Source: Candidatus Altimarinota bacterium
Lineage (GTDB): Bacteria > Patescibacteriota > Gracilibacteria > CAIRYL01 > GCA-016699755
DNA length: 64,000 nucleotides
Assembly (NCBI GenBank): GCA_963664295.1
Contig: OY760935.1
Coordinates: 608,001 to 672,000 of the forward strand
Direction: 5' to 3'
The notes under the pieces are model-generated. The model worked only from the letters and a program-made list of their open reading frames with translations, was not told where the DNA came from and did not search any database. Of this stretch, positions 57,313-64,000 are shown in pieces. Position 1 is the first letter of the stretch; each line of letters starts with the position of its first letter. The position numbers and the translations under genes were made by a program.

Positions 57313-58590
57313 ATGAAAGTCACAGTAAAAAAACTCCCTAATTCAGAATTTGAATTAACTATTGAAGTATCAGAAAAAACGCTTGAGCAAAGCAAAAAAG
57401 AAGTAATGAAAGGACTTGCTCAGAAAAAAATAGATGGATTTCGCGCAGGTCATGTGCCAGAAAATGTTTTAATTAAACACTACGGCGAAAACATGATTAA
57501 AGCCGAAGCAATGGAAAGAGCAATTAACGACACTTTTTTAAAGGCAATTCAAAAAGAAAAAATTCAAGCTTTGGAAATGCCTCGTATTGAAATAAAAAAG
57601 CATGATCCACTTGTTTATGTAGCTACTGTAGCTGTTTTACCTGAAGTAGAAGTGCCAGCACTAAAAGAAATACCAGTGCCAAAAGCAAAAACAATTAAGG
57701 TTGAAAAAAAAGAAATTGAAGAAAGCAAAAAAATGCTTCAAAACCGCATGGCGGAATTAAAAAAACAAGAAAGAAAGGCAAAAAAAGGCGATTTAGTAGA
57801 AATTGATTTTGAAGGATTTGATGAAAAAGGCGTTTCTCTGGAGGGCACAAAAAGCAAACATCACCCTGTTGAAATCGGTACAAATGCTTTTATTCCTGGT
57901 TTTGAGGAAGAAATAATTGGACTAAAAGCCGATGATGAAAAAGAATTTGATATTACTTTCCCAAAAGACTACCACAAAAAAAGTTTTCAAAACAAAAAAG
58001 TAAAATTTAAAATCAAAGTTCACGATGTTTTTGAAAAAATAGTTCCTGATTTTGACGAAAAACTAATTGAAAAATTAACAGGACAAAAAAAGAAAGTCGC
58101 GGACATGGAAAAAGAAATCGAAGAATCATTAAAAGAAAAATATACTCAAGATGACAAAAAACGAAGAGAAAATGAATTTTTGGAAACATTAGGTAAAAAA
58201 GTCAAAATTGAAGTACCGAAAGTACTTATCGATAAAGAGTTGGACGGAATTATGAATAATCTTCGTCAAAATGCGCAAAAAGCACGCGTCACTTGGGAGC
58301 AATATTTAGCAAGTTTGAAAAAAACAGAAGAAGAAATGAGAAAAGAATTAAGCACAAAAGCAAAAGAAAATGTTTGTATTCGCTTGGCTTTTCAAAAACT
58401 AATTGAACAAAACAAGCCGAAAATAAATGAAAAAGACGTGGAAATGAAAATCAAACAAGTTTTGATGACTATTCCTGCTGACCAGAAAAAAGAAGCTGAA
58501 AAATATTTCAGTAAAGGAGGAAATGGTTGGCAAGAAATAGCTGGCGAACTTGCTGTTGATAGATTTTTCGAAGATTTATTTAAAAATTAA
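57313..58590 (+). CDS. tig: Trigger factor
   Basis: IDGFRAGHVP ribosome-binding loop; FKBP domain IDFEG...FIPGFEE...TFPKDY. Confidence 0.95.
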   Translation: MKVTVKKLPNSEFELTIEVSEKTLEQSKKEVMKGLAQKKIDGFRAGHVPENVLIKHYGENMIKAEAMERAINDTFLKAIQKEKIQALEMPRIEIKKHDPLVYVATVAVLPEVEVPALKEIPVPKAKTIKVEKKEIEESKKMLQNRMAELKKQERKAKKGDLVEIDFEGFDEKGVSLEGTKSKHHPVEIGTNAFIPGFEEEIIGLKADDEKEFDITFPKDYHKKSFQNKKVKFKIKVHDVFEKIVPDFDEKLIEKLTGQKKKVADMEKEIEESLKEKYTQDDKKRRENEFLETLGKKVKIEVPKVLIDKELDGIMNNLRQNAQKARVTWEQYLASLKKTEEEMRKELSTKAKENVCIRLAFQKLIEQNKPKINEKDVEMKIKQVLMTIPADQKKEAEKYFSKGGNGWQEIAGELAVDRFFEDLFKN

Positions 58591-60731
58591 TCTTCTCTTT
58601 TAACACTTACAACGCCATCTACACTTTCAATCCTATCCATGAGAATAGTGATCATTTCAAAGTTATTCACAACTGCTTTTAAATATATCTGAGCAGAAAT
58701 TGGTGAAATACGCTCCAAAAAACCAAAGCTTTTTAAGCTAACTCCTGATTTTACAAAAATATCTACAATATCACGCAGAAGCCCAACTCTGTCTGTGTTT
58801 GTGTTAACAATAAAGGTCACTAAAGCGCTTTTGTCTGATGCCCAACGAGCATCAACCATTCTGGCATGATCAAGGTTTTTTATTGTTTTACAATCAGTCT
58901 TATGCACCGTCACGTGTCCACCTCTAGTAATAAAACCAATAATTCTGTCCCCTTCTTTTGGAGCGCAACATTTTGGCATTTTTACAGGTATTTTTTTCTC
59001 TCCACTGACTAAAATTTCTCCTACTTCTCCTGTTTCAGAAATTATTTTTGTTTTATATGTTTTATTTGCTGGTTTTTTTGACAAGTCTTTTTTTCCTAAT
59101 AAATTTTTAACTATTTTTGAAGCACTTAAAGAGCCATTGCCAATTCTTTCTAAAATTTCCTCTCTTTCTTTAAGAGTTCTTTTTTTGTTGTTTATATTTT
59201 TTAAAGCTTGTAAGTGTGGATCAAGCTCCTCTAAACCAAATCTTACTAATTGTTTGTTTAAAAGCTCTCTGCCTTCTCTGACTATTTTTTCTCTATTTTG
59301 AGACTTTAAATAATTTCTAATTTTATTGCGAGCACTAGTGGTTTTCACAAAAGAAATCCAATTTTGATGTGGGTTTGAATCACGAGAAGTGACAATTTCT
59401 ACAACATTACCGTTTTCAAGCTGATAATCCAATGGCACAATCTTGCCATTTACTTTGGCAATTTTTATGCGCATACCAACATCACTATGCACAGCAAAAG
59501 CAAAATCAACTGGCGTAGCGCCTTGTGGTAAATCTTTCACATCACCATTTGGAGTTAATACAAAAATCCTGTCAGAAAAAGTATCTATTTGGATATTTTG
59601 AAAAAACTCTTTATTACTTTTGATTTTATTTTCAATATCAGCCAAGTGCTTTACCCATACGCCTGGTTTAAGCGGTGTTCTACTTCCGTCTTTATAATGC
59701 CAATGAGCAGCCACACCATATTCTGCCTCCTCTTGCATTTTTGGGGTTCTAATTTGAATTTCAATAGGCACAGACTTTGTTTTAATACCAGAAAGACCAA
59801 TTACAGTAGTATGAAGAGATTTATAGCCATTTGGCTTAGGCACTGCTATATAATCTTTAAATCTTTTTGATAAAGGAGTCCAATATTGATGAATACGACC
59901 TAAAACCACATAACAATCTTTTATTGTTGGCACAACAACTCTAAGGGCAAAAATATCATAAAGACTGTCTATGCTTTCGCTATTCTTGCGTTGCATCTTT
60001 TTGTAAATACTATAGTAGTGTTTTACTCTGCCATTTATTTCTCCTAACACATCATCTTCTTCAAGAGCTTTTTTAAGCTCTTTTTTAGCGTTTTTTAAAA
60101 TACGGGTTCGATATGGCTCATGTTTACGCATTTGCTGAGCAATATCTGTGTATTTATCTGGATAAAGATAAAAAAATGATAAATCTTCTAAGGGGCCTTT
60201 GAGGGCATAGATACCCAATCTTGCAGCTATTGGCGCATAAATTGTTAAAGTTTCCTCTGCAATTCTTTCCTGTTTGTCTTTGCGTAAAAAATGCAATGAC
60301 TGCATATTGTGCAATCTATCAACCAACTTAATTAAAACAACTCTTATGTCTTTTGCCATTGCCAAAAACATTTTTCTCAAACTACCAATTTGCCTATCTT
60401 TTCCATAAGCTCGCACATGAGAAAGTTTTTCCATGCCATCTACCAAATTAGCTACTGTTTTACCGAATTTTTTTTCAATATCTTTTGGTGTTAAATCGCA
60501 TTCTTCAGTGACATCATGAAGCAAAGCTGCTATCAAAGCATCTTCATCTGGCAAAAAATCTAATAAAAGATTAGCTATAGTAAGTGGGTGATAAATATAA
60601 TCTTCACCTGAAGCCCTTTTTTGCCCTTTATGCTGTTCTTTTGCAAACACAAAAGCTTCCTTAACCCTTTTTTTGTCTAAATCAGGGATAAATGTGTCCG
60701 CTTTTTTTAAAAGTTGATCAACAGAAAGCAT
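58587..60731 (-). CDS. relA: Long RelA/SpoT homolog (Rel)
   Basis: HKGQKRASGEDYIYHP, LLHD, DRLHNM, GRVKHYYSIYKKM, PKPNGYKSLHT, EIQIRT, TGS domain TPVDFAF, CC motif, ACT domain. Confidence 0.95.
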   Translation of the reverse strand: MLSVDQLLKKADTFIPDLDKKRVKEAFVFAKEQHKGQKRASGEDYIYHPLTIANLLLDFLPDEDALIAALLHDVTEECDLTPKDIEKKFGKTVANLVDGMEKLSHVRAYGKDRQIGSLRKMFLAMAKDIRVVLIKLVDRLHNMQSLHFLRKDKQERIAEETLTIYAPIAARLGIYALKGPLEDLSFFYLYPDKYTDIAQQMRKHEPYRTRILKNAKKELKKALEEDDVLGEINGRVKHYYSIYKKMQRKNSESIDSLYDIFALRVVVPTIKDCYVVLGRIHQYWTPLSKRFKDYIAVPKPNGYKSLHTTVIGLSGIKTKSVPIEIQIRTPKMQEEAEYGVAAHWHYKDGSRTPLKPGVWVKHLADIENKIKSNKEFFQNIQIDTFSDRIFVLTPNGDVKDLPQGATPVDFAFAVHSDVGMRIKIAKVNGKIVPLDYQLENGNVVEIVTSRDSNPHQNWISFVKTTSARNKIRNYLKSQNREKIVREGRELLNKQLVRFGLEELDPHLQALKNINNKKRTLKEREEILERIGNGSLSASKIVKNLLGKKDLSKKPANKTYKTKIISETGEVGEILVSGEKKIPVKMPKCCAPKEGDRIIGFITRGGHVTVHKTDCKTIKNLDHARMVDARWASDKSALVTFIVNTNTDRVGLLRDIVDIFVKSGVSLKSFGFLERISPISAQIYLKAVVNNFEMITILMDRIESVDGVVSVKRED

Positions 60732-60761
60732 AAATTATTAAAATTAAGCCTTAAAACAAGC

Positions 60762-61721
60762 CTATTTTCTTTTTATTCTTATTAAACTGGATAAAGGCAA
60801 AACTTCAACTCCTTTTTTCTCATATTCATCAAGAATGTGGTTCATGCCCAAGGAATCAGCAGCCATATGTGAACAAACAATTACATTTAAATGATGTTTT
60901 TCTGCTTCTTTTTTGTTATCTTCAGAAATATGCATTTTAATTATTGTCCCCACTCCTGCCTGAGCAAGTCGTTCAAACATTTTCTTGCTTCCACTAGTGC
61001 CACCTGTCATGCCTGTTGCAGCAATTTTTCCTGGCTTTGAGTTTTTATTGCCCACAAAAATCTCCGGCGGATTACCTCTACGAGCAGATTCTTCAAACTC
61101 AGGAATTTTATAAATAGCATCAAGTACATGACCTAGAGTTTTAAATTGTTTTGAACAAACATGTTTATTCATATAGGCATAAGCACAGTTATCAGCAGGA
61201 GTATGAATATTAAAATAAGGAATACCAAGTATTTCTGCTGTTCTTTCTTCACGAAAAGCATTGATAGAATGTAAAGATCGATCTATTTCTGCCATACGAG
61301 GAGCTAAAAGCTTTTCTGCTACATTTGGCGCAACACCTAATTCTTCAAAAATATCTTCTTGCAAACGCATAACACCTGTTAATCCGAGCAATGCTCTGCC
61401 TTCTGGGTGATGTGCCATAACTGCGTCTATTTTTTGTCCACTTTTATTAAGCTCATTTACTAACAATAATTCTGGTGTTTCTATGTCAATTCCCACTGCA
61501 ATTTTTTTAATTTTTGCTTTTGGATCACCAAATAAAACACGAGAGTCAGAAAAAGGGTGCTTAAATCTTTCTTTATCAAAGTATTTTTGCTTTTGTTTAT
61601 CTAGTTTTTTATATGCTTTTTCCTGCTCTTTTAGGAATTCTTTTATGTCGTCTTTTTTACGGGGATCGTTTTTAAGCCCCATAGCAATAGCTAAATCAAA
61701 AATTTCTTGTAATGTTTGCAT
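60762..61721 (-). CDS. NIF3 (NGG1p interacting factor 3)-like protein
   Basis: PFSDSR, VGIDI, AHHPEG, HTPADN, MTGGT, HMAADSLG. Confidence 0.8.
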   Translation of the reverse strand: MQTLQEIFDLAIAMGLKNDPRKKDDIKEFLKEQEKAYKKLDKQKQKYFDKERFKHPFSDSRVLFGDPKAKIKKIAVGIDIETPELLLVNELNKSGQKIDAVMAHHPEGRALLGLTGVMRLQEDIFEELGVAPNVAEKLLAPRMAEIDRSLHSINAFREERTAEILGIPYFNIHTPADNCAYAYMNKHVCSKQFKTLGHVLDAIYKIPEFEESARRGNPPEIFVGNKNSKPGKIAATGMTGGTSGSKKMFERLAQAGVGTIIKMHISEDNKKEAEKHHLNVIVCSHMAADSLGMNHILDEYEKKGVEVLPLSSLIRIKRK

Positions 61722-61822
61722 AAATCTATAAATAAAAGCTTTTTTATTTTCTCATCAAACTTTGAAAATTACAATTATTTGTGTAATAATGCTCAATGTT
61801 TTTGACATTTTGAATTTTTGCA

Positions 61823-63016
61823 ATGAAAACACTAAAAAAACTAACAGCCCTACTAGGCTCACTTGCCTTATTTATGGGCATGAGTGCTGATGCACTCGCG
61901 ATCTCTCGCATACCACAGGCTATGCAACAAACAAACCAAATTATTGAAGAAAGATCCGTTGAATTTCAAGGATCAAAAAACACAACTGAACCTTCTAGTG
62001 AAACAGAAATGGAAAGCATGGAGCTTCAAAGGCAATATTGGGAAGAACTTTTTGCTTTTGAGCAAAAAGCCGACGAAGAAAAAGGTCAATTCTTAATGGA
62101 GCTTGATGTTGACATTAAAGCTGAAGATTTTGAGGCAGTAATAGATCTTCAACTAAAAGCTATTGTTGATGTTGTTAAACAAAAACTAGAAGAAAAACTT
62201 TCTGGCTCTGTTTACTTCAATGACAAGTCACCTTACCTTGATGAACCAGAAGATGGAAAAATTCAAGGAAACGTCACTATTCGTGTAATAGAAGATGATT
62301 TTTATCTTTTATTAGAAGACTTTATTACTGAAGGTAGCGCTGAGGAAGAAATGATGATTTTTGATCTTCTTTGTGGCAATTGGGTTCACTTTGACGCCAC
62401 AGAAGCTCTTGGTGAAAATTTCTGGAGTCAATCAGGCGATATCAACGCTTCTGACTTAAACGCTGGCTCTGTTAAAGACATTGAACAAGTCTTTGCAGAA
62501 GTTTTAATGCAAGAGGCAAATTTATCAGAAATAGAAGCATATAAAGTAGCAAGTCAATTTTCTTTGCAAAAACTATTTTATATATCTAAACACAAATCTA
62601 GCGACGGACAATTGGTTTATAACTTAGAGCTAAGAAAAGACAGGGTAAAAAGAGCATTTTTAAGCACTGGACAAATTATTGACGAACCTCTTGATAAAGA
62701 GGATGTTGCTGAATTGGAAGAATTTTTAGACAAAATAGAATTAAAACTTAGCTTTTATGCTAATGAAGAAAAAAATACTTTTGAAGCTATGAGAATAGTT
62801 TTCTCAATGGAAGATATTGAAGATATAGACAGTGTTTATGTTAAATTTTCTATTGATGTTCTTGATTGGGACGATGATACAAAAATCAGAGCACCTGAAA
62901 ACTACGAAGATTTAGAAGATTTCTTTATGATGCTAGAGCCAGAATATGAAGAATTTGAATACGAAGAATATGAAGAAGCAGAAGTTTTAGATAGTCCTGA
63001 AGCAGTAATCGAATAA
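61823..63016 (+). CDS. Secreted acidic hypothetical protein
   Basis: Signal peptide MKTLKKLTALLGSLALFMGMSADALA; D/E-rich; beta-rich C-terminus ending KIRAPEN. Confidence 0.75.
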   Translation: MKTLKKLTALLGSLALFMGMSADALAISRIPQAMQQTNQIIEERSVEFQGSKNTTEPSSETEMESMELQRQYWEELFAFEQKADEEKGQFLMELDVDIKAEDFEAVIDLQLKAIVDVVKQKLEEKLSGSVYFNDKSPYLDEPEDGKIQGNVTIRVIEDDFYLLLEDFITEGSAEEEMMIFDLLCGNWVHFDATEALGENFWSQSGDINASDLNAGSVKDIEQVFAEVLMQEANLSEIEAYKVASQFSLQKLFYISKHKSSDGQLVYNLELRKDRVKRAFLSTGQIIDEPLDKEDVAELEEFLDKIELKLSFYANEEKNTFEAMRIVFSMEDIEDIDSVYVKFSIDVLDWDDDTKIRAPENYEDLEDFFMMLEPEYEEFEYEEYEEAEVLDSPEAVIE

Positions 63017-63039
63017 ATCAATACAGCTTAAATAGACTT

Positions 63040-63070
63040 AAAAAACCCGCTAAATAATTAGCGGGTTTTT
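63040..63070. terminator. Bidirectional intrinsic terminator
   Basis: AAAAACCCGCTAA-ataa-TTAGCGGGTTTTT between convergent genes. Confidence 0.85.
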
Positions 63071-63084
63071 ATTTTTTTAAATAA

Positions 63085-63696
63085 CTAATCAATATCTTCA
63101 CTATTATTAAAATCCAATTCCATTTGTTGATTTGCAGGGCTATCTTTAAACTCTTTTTTTCCGAATTCCACAAGAAGACTATGAACATAAAAATCAGGTA
63201 AATCATCGGGAATACAAGAGCCTGGCAATTCTTTAATATTTTTTAATAATTCTGTCTCAAAAATAAATAAAAATGTTGTTAAATCAATAATTGGGCTCAT
63301 TACTTCTGCATTATCACGACCAAAAATACCAATTATCCTAAAACATTCTGATAATGCATCTTGCACTAAACTTTTAAACCTGGAAATAACCTCATTTAAT
63401 GCATTTTTGGATTTCTCTTGATTAAGTTCTCCATTTTGCCAATCATTTTTTAATAATTTTATAATATTCATCATTTTAGCTCCTTCGTTATCAAACTCGC
63501 TTTTTATATAACTTAAATAAGAAAGAACCTGTTCAGTTGCTTCCTTTTCTTGCTCTTTAGGATCAACTATTTTTAAAACTTTACCTTTTGTTTCCATAGC
63601 TCTTGATGGAGCAAGGGGATTTTTTTTATCCAAAAAGGGAGTTATTTGATGAGCAAATAATTTTTTTTCTGGGCCTTTAGGGGAGTTTGGGTTCAT
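63085..63696 (-). CDS. Hypothetical protein
   Basis: 203-aa helical ORF ending at the terminator. Confidence 0.65.
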   Translation of the reverse strand: MNPNSPKGPEKKLFAHQITPFLDKKNPLAPSRAMETKGKVLKIVDPKEQEKEATEQVLSYLSYIKSEFDNEGAKMMNIIKLLKNDWQNGELNQEKSKNALNEVISRFKSLVQDALSECFRIIGIFGRDNAEVMSPIIDLTTFLFIFETELLKNIKELPGSCIPDDLPDFYVHSLLVEFGKKEFKDSPANQQMELDFNNSEDID

Positions 63697-63757
63697 TTGA
63701 GAGAAAAGCTTTTGAAAACCTTTTTTATTTTAAAAGGTGCTTATTTCTACATCATTT

Positions 63758-64000
63758 TTATAAATTTGTCAATAGTTTTTCTATTTCTTTTTTGTCCAAT
63801 TTTTTAAATTCACCTATTTTTATATTAAGTTCATCTAGTTTTAATGAGCCGATTTGCACTCTTTGTAAGCTTTTTACTTGCGAACCAACTTTGCGCACTA
63901 TTCTACGAATTTGTCTATTTTTTCCTTCTTTCAAAGTTATATAAAACTTGGTAGCAGAAATTTTTTTTATTTTTGTGGGCAAAGTTTTAGAGCCAAAAAG
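63758..64000 (-). CDS. RsuA/RluB-family pseudouridine synthase, C-terminal part (5' end beyond window)
   Basis: ITLKEGKNRQIRR...LQRVQIG; the frame stays open to the window edge. Confidence 0.88.
   Translation of the reverse strand, partial: LFGSKTLPTKIKKISATKFYITLKEGKNRQIRRIVRKVGSQVKSLQRVQIGSLKLDELNIKIGEFKKLDKKEIEKLLTNL

Noticed and set aside
1-64000. Genetic code 25 (UGA=Gly) as in Gracilibacteria BD1-5/SR1
   Set aside because: Conserved genes are full length in code 11, and TGA ends genes, e.g. rplD at 5940-5942.

Overview
Low-GC bacterial chromosome segment that uses genetic code 11 (TGA is a stop, e.g. the rplD/rplW ATGA overlap). Several traits suggest Patescibacteria/CPR, possibly Peregrinibacteria-like; this is an inference from the stand-alone VirB4-like ATPase, A/T-rich starts without Shine-Dalgarno sites, fragmented ribosomal operons and many orphan genes. 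Housekeeping genes: hisS, tRNA-Trp, rplC-D-W-B-rpsS, rplJ-L with an L10 leader, gap, prs, gyrA, clpC, metK, ychF, tig, relA/spoT, pbpC-like. Biosynthetic genes that would be unusual for CPR: pyrE/pyrK, dapA/dapB/lysA, ilvBNC, murD2/murL. Best leads: (1) a GIY-YIG nuclease gene sitting inside an inverted pair of TGTC-tagged palindromes, with an empty pair beside it and three nested composite arrays of the same repeat family elsewhere, whose stems co-vary - a candidate nuclease-driven REP/REPIN-like mobile system; (2) a 1809-aa orphan ending in 13 near-identical 72-bp LRR units that vary mainly at predicted concave-face residues; (3) a GC-rich secreted LRR-like gene with its own promoter, boxA-like site, G.U-rich leader hairpin and terminator; (4) three tandem orphan paralogs, two of which share a recently exchanged C-terminal tail. 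All calls come from reading the sequence by eye; no database searches were run.
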